From Gammaproteobacteria bacterium (GTDB lineage: Bacteria; Pseudomonadota; Gammaproteobacteria; Ga0077536): a DNA stretch of 64,000 bases. A program made the translations under genes and the position numbers. Under the pieces are notes generated by a model. It was not told where the DNA came from, did no database searches, and saw only the letters and a list, made by a program, of their open reading frames with translations. Where the stretch lies: NCBI GenBank assembly GCA_963662545.2, contig CAXXLL010000002.1, positions 2,304,001-2,368,000 of the forward strand. Direction: 5' to 3'. Positions 24,855 through 34,101 of this stretch are shown here, piece by piece. Within the stretch, counting starts at the first letter, position 1. The number at the start of each line of letters is the position of its first letter.

Positions 24855-25856
24855 TCAGCCAAGCAATCGCCGAACCATCGGCAGATTAGTCGATACTGGT
24901 TCAGCATAGTAAAGCCGCTTCCCATTTGATGCCTTGATAGCCGCCGTAACCCTCTCTCCATCCTCAAGCTCGCGGCGGTTGAACCGAAATTCGAACTCAG
25001 CCATGTAGCGGTGCAGATGCTTACGGCTGACACTGTGATAGACGCCATTCAGACCGCGCTTGAAGATGCTGAAAAAGCCTTCTACCCGGTTCGTGGTTAC
25101 GTCGCCCCTGGCGTACTCGCGGGCCTTATGCTTCACCGTTTCGTGACCGCCCTTGAATTCCGCACCGATACCCCGATAACCACTGTGTTCATCGGTCATA
25201 ATCCGGGAATCGGGATGGACATGCTCCCGGATAGCGGCCTTTAACGTCTTACCAGTCACATCGGGTATAACCCTAGTGCGGACTTCGCCGCCACGTTGAA
25301 CCAGGGCGACGACGGGCTGTTTGTCGCCATGGCCCCGCTTGCTCTTACCTTTGTATCGGGGCTTTCCCCCAACGAAAGTTTCATCGACTTCAACGTCGCC
25401 GTTCAACTGGCCGTCATACGCTGGTGCCATAGCGAACCGGATACGGTGCAGCAGGAATAGGGCTGACTTGTAGGAAATTCCAGTCTGGCGGTGAATCTCA
25501 AGGGCCGACACGCCTTTCTTGGACGTGGCTGCACGCCAGAACCCGAAGCACCAATGACGCAGTTCAATCCGGCTGTCCTCAAACACGGTGCCGGTGCGGA
25601 CAGTGAATTGCGCTGTAAACTTAGCTCGCGCACAATCCCGGCAGCGCCAGCGAAAGTTCTTTTGCCGTGCGCCAGTCTTGTTATCTTGCATCTGGTAGAC
25701 ATTTTCGCTACCGCAACGGGGGCAGCAAGGATTCTCGCCCCAACGCTGCTTCTCTATGAACTCAACCGCAGCCTTCTCGTCGGCGCAGGCTTTTGGAACA
25801 GCCTTGATTACTGGGTCGTTCTTGGTGGAGCGGTTTTGAACTTTTGGCTTACTCAT
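24855..25856 (-). CDS. IS1595-family transposase
   Basis: N-terminal CPRC...CRDC zinc ribbon, FTVRTGTVFE, EVDETFVGG, IMTDE and TNRVEGFFSIFKRG...YH.VS.KHL.RY..EF.FR.N. Confidence 0.95.
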   Translation of the reverse strand: MSKPKVQNRSTKNDPVIKAVPKACADEKAAVEFIEKQRWGENPCCPRCGSENVYQMQDNKTGARQKNFRWRCRDCARAKFTAQFTVRTGTVFEDSRIELRHWCFGFWRAATSKKGVSALEIHRQTGISYKSALFLLHRIRFAMAPAYDGQLNGDVEVDETFVGGKPRYKGKSKRGHGDKQPVVALVQRGGEVRTRVIPDVTGKTLKAAIREHVHPDSRIMTDEHSGYRGIGAEFKGGHETVKHKAREYARGDVTTNRVEGFFSIFKRGLNGVYHSVSRKHLHRYMAEFEFRFNRRELEDGERVTAAIKASNGKRLYYAEPVSTNLPMVRRLLG

Positions 25857-25862
25857 ACATCA

Positions 25863-25891
25863 ATTGTATATACAAATTATCCTTTCGTCAA
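25863..25891 (-). promoter_or_regulatory. Transposase sigma70 promoter (leaderless)
   Basis: Minus strand TTGACG-17 nt-TACAAT-6 nt-ATG; the palindrome TTGTATATACAA overlaps the -10. Confidence 0.7.
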
Positions 25892-26040
25892 GTATAAAGT
25901 TAATTACTATGTGCTTGTCGCTAAAGGGCGGTATCGCCGATCTGCAACAAATTTTTACATATATTGTTCCTTTTTAGTCTATATTTTGTATATACAGGGA
26001 TGTAGAATGTTGCGGAAATGACCTCAAGGATGTATATGCA

Positions 26041-26334
26041 TTGCCGCTAGAGATTAGTAACGGAGTACGTCGAAAGCTCGCCAGTAAAGAGCCGCCAGTC
26101 ACGGAGGCTGAAATTGTCGAATGCTTCGCGAATAGATTGAGTAAATACCTCTATGACGTTCGGGAGGATAACAAAACTAACCCGCCCACCAGATGGTTTG
26201 TTGCTGAGACAGATTATGGAAGAAAGCTCAAAGTTGTGTTCATGAGCATTGGGGACAATATCGTGATCAAAACAGCTTTTGAACCAAATCCTGATGAAAT
26301 ACGTATATACAACAAGTTCAGCCAGCCTACTTAG
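26041..26334 (+). CDS. BrnT/RelE-like toxin (putative)
   Basis: 97 aa with VTEAEIVECF.N, WFVAET..GRKLKVVF and IKTAFEP; upstream of a CopG-like gene. Confidence 0.7.
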   Translation: MPLEISNGVRRKLASKEPPVTEAEIVECFANRLSKYLYDVREDNKTNPPTRWFVAETDYGRKLKVVFMSIGDNIVIKTAFEPNPDEIRIYNKFSQPT

Positions 26335-26357
26335 TAATCTCGGAGAGAGAGAACCAC

Positions 26358-26708
26358 ATGAATGAAACCACGAAAATTGAATCAACTGAGGAAGCATGGG
26401 AGTCCGGACAGCTCGGGCGCGACGAAGCTTACGCTCACGTTTTCGAGAATGAACAAGAAGACGCACTCGATAAAGCTCTAGAACTCCAAATGATCTCCAT
26501 ACGACTTCAAAAATCTCTCATAGAAGATTTCAAGCTAATTGCCAAATTGCATGGCCTTGGGTATCAGCCGCTCATGCGTCAGATATTGACGCGGTTTGCC
26601 GATTGCGAGAAAAAGCTACTTCTTAAAAAGTTCGTAGCTGACCAAGAAAAAATGGAGGCAGCGGAGCAATTGACCGATAATGAGGAACCAATTGCCTCAC
26701 ACGGATAG
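26358..26708 (+). CDS. BrnA/CopG (RHH) antitoxin (putative)
   Basis: Acidic N-terminus followed by ISIRLQKSLIEDFKLIA...GLGYQPLMRQIL. Confidence 0.75.
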   Translation: MNETTKIESTEEAWESGQLGRDEAYAHVFENEQEDALDKALELQMISIRLQKSLIEDFKLIAKLHGLGYQPLMRQILTRFADCEKKLLLKKFVADQEKMEAAEQLTDNEEPIASHG

Positions 26709-26727
26709 CCTCAAACGATTTCAATAT

Positions 26728-26752
26728 AAACCCGCTTCGGCGGGTTTTTTTT
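26728..26752 (+). terminator. Rho-independent terminator of the TA operon
   Basis: AAACCCGC-TTCG-GCGGGTTTTTTT. Confidence 0.85.
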
Positions 26753-26804
26753 CACCGCCAGAAACCCGTCATAAGGGTTTACTCAAGTACATACTTCCGT
26801 TTTT

Positions 26805-27593
26805 TTACAAACCCGCTTTTTTCGCCGCCTCCCACAAGCGGTCCAACCACTCGAGATCCGCAGACCCGGGCGACGAGCCCTGCGCCCGCAGTTCGGCCTC
26901 CACGTGCCTGAACCGCCGTTCGAATTTCCGGTTCGCGGCACGTAAAGCGGCCTCCGGATCACAACCGAGGTGGCGTGCGACGTTAACCATCGCAAACAGC
27001 AAGTCGCCTAATTCTTCGTGGATCGCAGCGACGTTCGACTGCCCCATGGCGTCCTCGAGTTCCGCGGTTTCTTCGCCAAGCTTAGCCCAGGGGCCAGCCA
27101 CATCCGGCCAGTCAAACCCGACCCTGGCGGCCCGCTTCTGCAGCTTTAGGGCGCGCGTGAGCGCGGGGAAATTGACGGGCACCTCGTCGAGTTCGCTGAA
27201 CGTATCGCGATCGCGCCGGGACGCGCGCTCCGTCGCCTTCTGCATTTCCCACTGTTTGGCAACGGCCGTCGCATCGCTTGCGCCACCGTCCTCGAATACG
27301 TGGGGATGCCGTCTCAAGAGCTTCCGCTCCAATTCGCCTATTACCTCGTCGATTGAGAAACGGCCCTCCTCCTCGGCTAACTGGCAATAGAAAATGACCT
27401 GAAACAGAAGATCGCCTAATTCCGAGGGTAACTCCTCCAGACGCCCGGATTCGATGACGTCCGCCACCTCGAAAGCCTCTTCCAAGGTATGCGCTACGAT
27501 CGATTTAAACGTCTGTTCCCGGTCCCAGGGACAGCCGCCATCGGGCGCGCGCAATGCCCGCATCAGGTCACGCAGTGTTTGGAGATTCGACAT
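26805..27593 (-). CDS. mazG: Nucleoside triphosphate pyrophosphohydrolase
   Basis: Motifs GCPWDREQT, ELGDLL twice and RRHPHVF. Confidence 0.96.
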   Translation of the reverse strand: MSNLQTLRDLMRALRAPDGGCPWDREQTFKSIVAHTLEEAFEVADVIESGRLEELPSELGDLLFQVIFYCQLAEEEGRFSIDEVIGELERKLLRRHPHVFEDGGASDATAVAKQWEMQKATERASRRDRDTFSELDEVPVNFPALTRALKLQKRAARVGFDWPDVAGPWAKLGEETAELEDAMGQSNVAAIHEELGDLLFAMVNVARHLGCDPEAALRAANRKFERRFRHVEAELRAQGSSPGSADLEWLDRLWEAAKKAGL

Positions 27594-27742
27594 GAATGGC
27601 CTCCGTCATCCGTCCCGGTGACGCCATGAACGGCGTGTAACAATGCATCAATGGCCTTGATTAGATCGTTCTTTACCTTGAGAATCCGTGGGATTTGATA
27701 TTTTCAAGGCCACTTGCAGCACACCGACTCAAGCGTCAGGAC

Positions 27743-28318
27743 ATGTCACAGCCGCTCATTCTAAGACTCGATATCGAGGGGACGCCAATCCGCTGGATCC
27801 CTTGGCAGAATGCCGTGTGCCTTTACAGCCGTGAACTGGTGGCCTGGACGGCGGGCGATAACGCGTTCACGTTTTATGGCGGAGTCGAGCGCGCCAGCGG
27901 CGAGCGTTCCTCGATCACCGTGCATTCGATCATTGCGATCAAGCGATCGAAACGGGGAAAACACCTCAAACGGCACATCCCGCCGCTCAACAGTCACGAG
28001 CTATTCCGGCGCGACGGCAAGCTTTGCATGTATTGTGGCGGGGAGTTCGCCGAACACGGCTTGACGCGGGACCATGTGATCCCCTTGTCCCACGGCGGCC
28101 GCGACGTCTGGTCCAACGTGGTCAGCGCCTGCCGTAGCTGTAACATGCGCAAGGGCGGCCGCACTCCGGAACAGGCCCGCATGCCGCTGCTGGCCGTCCC
28201 CTATGTCCCTAACTGGGCCGAATTTCTCGCACTTTCCAACCGGCGCATTCTTGCCGACCAGATGGATTTTCTGAAATCTCAGTTCAACCGCAAGAATCGA
28301 ATCCTCGGCATCGCCTGA
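27743..28318 (+). CDS. HNH endonuclease
   Basis: Motif RD...CMYCG...TRDHVIPLS.GG...W.N.VSAC..CN..KG. Confidence 0.9.
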   Translation: MSQPLILRLDIEGTPIRWIPWQNAVCLYSRELVAWTAGDNAFTFYGGVERASGERSSITVHSIIAIKRSKRGKHLKRHIPPLNSHELFRRDGKLCMYCGGEFAEHGLTRDHVIPLSHGGRDVWSNVVSACRSCNMRKGGRTPEQARMPLLAVPYVPNWAEFLALSNRRILADQMDFLKSQFNRKNRILGIA

Positions 28319-28356
28319 AGATCGCCTGCCGTGGCTTTCTTCTCGCCGCATTCACC

Positions 28357-28731
28357 GTGGCCGCAAGCACTGCATCGGCTGCTGATGGCGCCGGGAATTA
28401 TGCGATCTGGGGTACGGGCAACGCGTCTTGTAATCGATTCCTGCATGCAGACGATCGTGACGACGGGCAGGCGCCTTTCGAACACTACCTAATGGGATAC
28501 CTGACGGCTTACAACACGCTGTACGACGATACGTACAACGCACTCGGCGCGATACCGCTCGCAGACGCCATGGACTGGCTCGCAGATTACTGCGACCTGC
28601 ACAAGCTCGATAGTTTCGAGCGCGCCATCATGCAATTAGTGGTTGCGCGACACGACCAGCGCCTGCGGCGATCATCCAACACCGCGAGGGGTTGGGGTAC
28701 GCCAGCCGCTAAAAGCCCAGACCCCCGCTGA
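28357..28731 (+). CDS. Hypothetical secreted protein (start may lie further upstream)
   Basis: Signal-like stretch upstream of ADGAGNYAIWG.G..SC; two cysteines. Confidence 0.55.
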   Translation: MAASTASAADGAGNYAIWGTGNASCNRFLHADDRDDGQAPFEHYLMGYLTAYNTLYDDTYNALGAIPLADAMDWLADYCDLHKLDSFERAIMQLVVARHDQRLRRSSNTARGWGTPAAKSPDPR

Positions 28732-28938
28732 CGTATGAATCCGGGATCGCTCAAATGCTCGTTTCAGTCATCGTCGTAAGCTTGCGCAAGATGTTGTTAA
28801 GCAGCTCACAGTTCGGGCTGTTAACACCTTTTTTGACTGTGGAGCGAATTGCGCTAGACCCTATAATCGTTCATCATCTCGACCACCGAATGGACTGATA
28901 AAAATTCAACGTCGTCCCGCGTACGAGGAGAACCACTA

Positions 28939-29256
28939 ATGAGCAAGAATCTGATTGGACACCTGAAGCTGCCGGCGATCTGCATCCTGCTAGGCTTCGT
29001 TAGCGCGTGTTCGACCGTCGACAGCAAACAGGTTTCGGCTATCGAGGCCAAGGCCAACAGCGCGATATCCGAAGCCCGCAGCGCGGCCAGCACCGCGCAG
29101 AATGCGATGAAGGCCGCCGAGGCGGCTCAAGCCGCGGCCGATGCCGCGGCGGCAACCGCCGCTGAGGCCAAGAGCACGGCCGAAGCAGCGATGTCCTGCT
29201 GTAACGAGAACAAGGATCGCATCGAACGCATGTTCGAACAGACGATGAAGAAATGA
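28939..29256 (+). CDS. Lpp/OprI-like alanine-zipper lipoprotein
   Basis: Lipobox VSAC, Ala zipper and C-terminal ERMFEQTMKK; convergent with an L,D-transpeptidase. Confidence 0.85.
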   Translation: MSKNLIGHLKLPAICILLGFVSACSTVDSKQVSAIEAKANSAISEARSAASTAQNAMKAAEAAQAAADAAAATAAEAKSTAEAAMSCCNENKDRIERMFEQTMKK

Positions 29257-29286
29257 ACTAGCGATTCCGCACAAAGTCTCGTAGTA

Positions 29287-29311
29287 GAACCCCGCCGCGG
29301 CGGGGTTCTTT
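29287..29311. terminator. Terminator between the lipoprotein and LDT genes
   Basis: AGAACCCCGCC/GGCGGGGTTCT stem followed by Ts. Confidence 0.75.
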
Positions 29312-29331
29312 ATTTGTGCACTAGCAGCCTA

Positions 29332-30351
29332 TCAACTCCGAGAGTTAAGGATCGCGCCTGGTTTGAGTTGCAGTGTGCCTATGACGTGGGGTATGCCGTC
29401 CTTCATTTCCACGGCGCGCCTGATATCCGCCCAGACCAACCGCACCTTGTAGTCCTTGACGCGGTCGAGAATCAGCTTGACCACGTGGGAATACTGATCG
29501 TTGTACACGTTCTTGTCTTCATTCAGGTGAGGATGCACTTCGAGATAAACCTGGTCGTGTGACACACCGATCTTGTACGGCTGATTGACGATATGTACCG
29601 CCATCCCGACCTGCGTCGCGCTGAAGACCTGTGCGATGTCTTTGGGATACATGCGTACACATCCGTGCGTCACGCGCATGCCGATTCCATAGGGTTTATT
29701 GGTTCCGTGAATCAGGTACCCGGGAATGCTCAGACGTACCGCGTGCGCACCCAGAGGATTGTCCGGCCCGGGCGGTACGACCGCCGGGAGGGGATCGCCC
29801 TCCGCCGCGTGCTCCGCCCGAATCGATTCAGGTGGATACCACGACGGATTGCGCACCTTCGAGACGATCTTGGACTTACCGTGGGGAGTGACCCAGTCCT
29901 GGCGCCCGATACTGACAGGAAAAGTCAGCACTTCGGTCTGCGCGCGCCGGTTGTTCTTGTTGAACAAGTACAGGCGCATTTCAGGGACGTTGATGACGAT
30001 GCCGTCGCGCGGCGCATCAGGGATCACATAGAGATTCGGCACAACGATTTCGGCACCTTCGCCCGGAATCCAGGGGTCTATGCCGGGATTCGCCAATCGC
30101 ATTTCCTTGTAACCCTGGTCGTAGGCGCGGGCGAGATCCGAAAGGGTATCTGCGTAAACCGTTGTCGCGAGGGACACCTCCCCGATCAGATCGGGGGCAT
30201 CATCTCGTAGGTAAAATGACTGGCCGGCGTGCGCCACCAAGCACGGCAGGGCGAGTATCAACAGCATCAAACCAAGGTTTCCCAAGCGTCTCGGGCGTGC
30301 GCTTGCAGCGGCAAACCCGGCGACTAAACGATGATATCCATACGCGATCAA
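29332..30351 (-). CDS. L,D-transpeptidase (ErfK/YcfS family)
   Basis: Motifs ANPGIDPW, VVPPGPDNPLG and IHGTN...GIGMRVTHGCVRM. Confidence 0.92.
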   Translation of the reverse strand: MIAYGYHRLVAGFAAASARPRRLGNLGLMLLILALPCLVAHAGQSFYLRDDAPDLIGEVSLATTVYADTLSDLARAYDQGYKEMRLANPGIDPWIPGEGAEIVVPNLYVIPDAPRDGIVINVPEMRLYLFNKNNRRAQTEVLTFPVSIGRQDWVTPHGKSKIVSKVRNPSWYPPESIRAEHAAEGDPLPAVVPPGPDNPLGAHAVRLSIPGYLIHGTNKPYGIGMRVTHGCVRMYPKDIAQVFSATQVGMAVHIVNQPYKIGVSHDQVYLEVHPHLNEDKNVYNDQYSHVVKLILDRVKDYKVRLVWADIRRAVEMKDGIPHVIGTLQLKPGAILNSRS

Positions 30352-30378
30352 AACGAGACGCTCCTTGCAACCCTTTGT

Positions 30379-30765
30379 TCAAGCCTTCGAGAGGGCATAA
30401 ACCGCAATAGACAACCACGCGCCCATCAATGCAAGGCCGCCAGCCGGCGCGGCGATGGCGAACACGCGAACGCCGCTCAGCACACTGGCGCTTAGACCGC
30501 CGCAAAACAGGATTATTCCCGCAATGGCGAGGACGCCGGCGATCCGGATCGAGACAGAGCCCGGTGTCGACTCGGCCAGAGCGCCGATAACAACGAGCAA
30601 CAGGCCGTGGATCAGCAGATAGGCGGAAACGGTCTCCAGCGTCGCAAGGCCGGCCGGCTCAATGCGCTGTTTGAACAGATGCGCGCTCAAAGCGCCGAGC
30701 ACGATCCCGGCGCAACCGGCCAGCCCCCCCGTGATCATGAAAATTTTAACCAGTATTGACGTCAT
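30379..30765 (-). CDS. DUF423 membrane protein
   Basis: Motifs GALSAH, Y..IH, G..LFCG.L and AP.GG. Confidence 0.8.
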   Translation of the reverse strand: MTSILVKIFMITGGLAGCAGIVLGALSAHLFKQRIEPAGLATLETVSAYLLIHGLLLVVIGALAESTPGSVSIRIAGVLAIAGIILFCGGLSASVLSGVRVFAIAAPAGGLALMGAWLSIAVYALSKA

Positions 30766-30946
30766 CCAAGCGATTCAAGGAGAGGGAAAAAAGCGTCTTT
30801 CGGTGCCCGTCGATGGGCCGGCAGCAGGACCGTGGAAAATCACGATTATCACCACCCTGGTAATCTCGCGCCGATGAAACACTATACTCGCCCGATTTCC
30901 GGATGATAGCGCCTCGCGCGACGGTGAGAGACAGGATACGGCAAAC

Positions 30947-32035
30947 GTGAACAGAGGCGCCAATGCCCGCGGGCTCTGCCAAGCACTCGTGACGGTGCTC
31001 ATGTTAATGAGCGCGGGTATCCGCAGTGAATCCATCGATATCAGCCGGGCGTTCAGCATATCCAGTGATTACACTACTGGCGACACGTTCATGCAGATCC
31101 GCCTGCGAGGCACCGTAGAACTGATACCCGCAGCATTGCACGGCATCGAACTGCATGAACTGTCGGGGCTCGCCTGGGCGGCGGATGAGAAAACGCTGTA
31201 TGCCGTATCCGACGCTGGCTTCGTCGCTCATCTACGCCCGCATTTTCATGACGGTAATCTGATTCGCGTCTACCTCGACGCCATCCACCGACTGCTCGGG
31301 CCGGATGGAGCACCCGTTGCGAAACGCCTGGCCGACGCCGAAGGGCTGGTGGCACGCAACGCGCGCAACGGCGTCAGAGATGATACGGAGTTGATCATCT
31401 CATTTGAAACGGTGCCCAGAATCGTCCATTACACGCCGCGCGGTGAATACCTCCGGGAGACGGCGCTGCCGTTGCCGCTGCGCGAACCGGACCGCTACTC
31501 AGCGCGTAACCGGGAGCTCGAGGCGCTCACCGAGCACGATGAATTCGGCCTGATCACGGGGCCGGAACGCCCGCTGAAAAATGCCCATCAATCGATGATT
31601 ACGCTCTATTCGGTCGCTGGTCATTCCTGGCTTTATCGCCCCATTGATCCCGAACACAGCGCATTGGTCGGCCTTGAATCGATGCCGGGTGGTGATCTCC
31701 TGATACTCGAACGGCGATTCGCTTCGGTATTCCGTCCCGTCATCATCTCGCTACGACGGGTGCGCCTTCATCCACCGGCGTTTGGGGACGAAACACCGAT
31801 TACCGACATCGCGCGTTTCGATTCATCCAGGGGCTGGGCGATCGATAATTTCGAAGGGGTAGCGCGGCACGAAGGTTCACGTTATTTCATCGTCAGCGAC
31901 GACAATGACAGCCCGCTTCAAAAAACGCTGCTGATGTATTTTGAGATCGGCGATGACGTGGCGCCCTTTCGGGAAGCTGACCGCCTGTCCGGTGAAGCCG
32001 ACGACGGATCATCGTGGTCGCATGCACCTTGGTAG
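30947..32035 (+). CDS. Esterase-like activity of phytase family protein
   Basis: Motifs ELSGL, YAVSD.G, DAEG, DNFEG and VSDDN. Confidence 0.8.
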   Translation: MNRGANARGLCQALVTVLMLMSAGIRSESIDISRAFSISSDYTTGDTFMQIRLRGTVELIPAALHGIELHELSGLAWAADEKTLYAVSDAGFVAHLRPHFHDGNLIRVYLDAIHRLLGPDGAPVAKRLADAEGLVARNARNGVRDDTELIISFETVPRIVHYTPRGEYLRETALPLPLREPDRYSARNRELEALTEHDEFGLITGPERPLKNAHQSMITLYSVAGHSWLYRPIDPEHSALVGLESMPGGDLLILERRFASVFRPVIISLRRVRLHPPAFGDETPITDIARFDSSRGWAIDNFEGVARHEGSRYFIVSDDNDSPLQKTLLMYFEIGDDVAPFREADRLSGEADDGSSWSHAPW

Positions 32036-32066
32036 AACGCTGAAAAATTAATTCTAGACTCGCCTG

Positions 32067-32588
32067 TTAGCGCTCTAACAGACGCGGCATCAGTTCCACG
32101 AGATTACACGGTCGCGTGCGGTAGTCGAGTTGATGGGAAATCAAGGCGTCCCAGCCCAGCGCACTGGCGCCGGGCGACCCCGGCAGGCAGAAGATGTACG
32201 TTGCGTTCGCGACGCCCGCCACCGCGCGCGATTGCAGGGTCGAGGTCTTGATATCTTCGTAGGACAAGTCGCGAAACATCTCGCCGAATCCGTCCAGGAC
32301 CTTGTCGAACAATGGCGTCATCGCTTCCGGCGTCCCGTCGCGACCAGTAACCCCCGTGCCGCCCGTCGACACCACGGCGTTGACGTTTTTATCGGCGATC
32401 CACCTCGACACGATCGCCCGTATCGCGTAGATGTCATCCGCGCAGATCTGCTTGTCATACACCCGGTGACCGGCGGCCTTGGCACGCTCAGCCAGCAGCT
32501 TGCCTGACTTGTCGGTCGCTTCCGTGCGGCTGTCCGACACCGTCAACACGGCAATGTTCAGGGGAATGAATTTTCGTTCAGTGGCCAT
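32067..32588 (-). CDS. moaB: Molybdenum cofactor biosynthesis protein B
   Basis: Motifs AVLTVSDSR, TGGTG.TGRD.TPEA and QLDYRTRPCN. Confidence 0.93.
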   Translation of the reverse strand: MATERKFIPLNIAVLTVSDSRTEATDKSGKLLAERAKAAGHRVYDKQICADDIYAIRAIVSRWIADKNVNAVVSTGGTGVTGRDGTPEAMTPLFDKVLDGFGEMFRDLSYEDIKTSTLQSRAVAGVANATYIFCLPGSPGASALGWDALISHQLDYRTRPCNLVELMPRLLER

Positions 32589-32697
32589 GCGTCTCGACCT
32601 GGGTTAGTGTCACTCGATAACCAGTTCTAGCACGGAATCCGACCGTCGGCGACTCCGAGTTCATGTCCATCCTAACCGTCAAGTTCGCCGAAGCTCA

Positions 32698-33096
32698 ATG
32701 GAATCGGTGAGTTCGAAAGGCCAGCGCCTCGACCGCTGGTTATGGAGTGCGCGGTTTTTCAAGACCCGGGGCCTCGCGGCGAACGCCGTTAAAAACGGCC
32801 GGGTCAAGGTCAAGGAAGTTCGCGCGAAGCCCGCCACTATGGTGAAAATCGGCGATCTGATTCACATCCGGCGCCCACCCTATGTCCACAAACTCATCGT
32901 GCTAGGTTTGACCTCCAGGCGCGTATCCGCGAACCTCGCGCAGGAACTGTACGCCGAAACCGCAGACAGCATCGCGGTGCGCGAAGCATTGCGGCGAAAC
33001 CTCGCCCTCGACGCGGTCGTGGGGGAGCGCCGGTGGGGTCAATTAAACAAGAAGGAACGGCGGGAGCGCGAAAAACTCAAACGGAGCTTCCGATGA
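32698..33096 (+). CDS. hslR: Ribosome-associated heat shock protein Hsp15 (S4 domain)
   Basis: Motifs RLDRWLWSARFFKTR and LYAET. Confidence 0.85.
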   Translation: MESVSSKGQRLDRWLWSARFFKTRGLAANAVKNGRVKVKEVRAKPATMVKIGDLIHIRRPPYVHKLIVLGLTSRRVSANLAQELYAETADSIAVREALRRNLALDAVVGERRWGQLNKKERREREKLKRSFR

Positions 33097-33103
33097 GCAT
33101 CAC

Positions 33104-34093
33104 ATGCGCGAAGATACAGGACTAAGGCCTATGAACCTATCGGGGGATCCGCTGGAACTCGACCATGCCGTCGAGATCTATAACAGACTATCGGACAACA
33201 TAGCCCGGGCGATCACCGGCCAGGGACCGGTGATCCGGCACTTGCTAAGCGCGTTCCTGACGGGCGGCCACGTGCTGCTGGAAGATTACCCAGGGACCGG
33301 AAAAACGACGCTGGCCAAGGCACTGGCGCGGACCGTCGGTGCGCAATTCCAGCGCGTCCAGTTCACGCCGGATCTCTTGCCGACGGATATCCTGGGAGCA
33401 TCGGTCTACAACCAGCGCACGCAGGAATTCGTCATCCAGAAGGGTCCGATCTTCACCAACATCCTGCTTGCCGACGAAATCAACCGGGCATCACCGCGAA
33501 CACAGTCGGCGCTGCTCGAAGCCATGGGTGAAAGCCAGGTCAGTCTCGAGGGGCAGAAGTTCATCCTGGCGGATCCCTATTTTGTCATCGCCACGCAGAA
33601 TCCCGTCGAATTTCATGGAACCTATCCCCTGCCCGAAGCGCAGATGGATCGCTTCGCGCTCCGCCTGTCGCTGGGTTACGTGTCGGTCGAGGACGAGATG
33701 CACATCATCACCGCTAATAACCGCGGCCAGCCCCTGGACGAGATCGAGGCGTCGGTGAGTGTCGAGGAGGTGCTCGCCTTTCGACGAACTGCAGCCCGGA
33801 TCCCGATCACCGACGAACTCAAGCGCTATTTGGTCACGCTGTTCGCAGCCACGCGTGACGCCGAACGGATCGAACTCGGCGCCAGCCCACGCGCTTCGAT
33901 CGCACTGCTCAAATGCGCCCAGGCGCTCGCACTCTCTGACGGCATCGATTTTGTCACGCCCGACCTGATTCAGGAACTCGCGCCGCTGGCGCTGTGCCAT
34001 CGACTCGCCCTGCGCGCCGAAGCACGGTTCTCGGGGACCGCCGCGGCGACCCTCGTGGCGGAATTGTTGTCGACGGTGCCAGTCCCGAGGTAG
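33104..34093 (+). CDS. MoxR-family AAA+ ATPase
   Basis: Motifs LLEDYPGTGKT, QFTPDLLP, DEINRA and YPLPEAQMDRF. Confidence 0.93.
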   Translation: MREDTGLRPMNLSGDPLELDHAVEIYNRLSDNIARAITGQGPVIRHLLSAFLTGGHVLLEDYPGTGKTTLAKALARTVGAQFQRVQFTPDLLPTDILGASVYNQRTQEFVIQKGPIFTNILLADEINRASPRTQSALLEAMGESQVSLEGQKFILADPYFVIATQNPVEFHGTYPLPEAQMDRFALRLSLGYVSVEDEMHIITANNRGQPLDEIEASVSVEEVLAFRRTAARIPITDELKRYLVTLFAATRDAERIELGASPRASIALLKCAQALALSDGIDFVTPDLIQELAPLALCHRLALRAEARFSGTAAATLVAELLSTVPVPR

Positions 34094-34101
34094 CGTGCGC
34101 C

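Larger units (their letters stand above)
23496..26799. mobile_element. IS1595-family transposon with passenger genes, 3304 bp
   Basis: TIRs 23496-23521 and 26774-26799 match at 23 of 26 positions. The 8-bp direct repeat TTTTTTTA lies at 23488-95 and 26800-07. Confidence 0.92.

Noticed and set aside
25886-25905. Candidate IS1595 end just upstream of the transposase
   Set aside because: This is the promoter -35 region. The true TIR and TSD are at 26774-26807, beyond the TA pair.
28939-30351. Lipoprotein and L,D-transpeptidase pair as a novel system
   Set aside because: Well-known Lpp/OprI anchoring arrangement.
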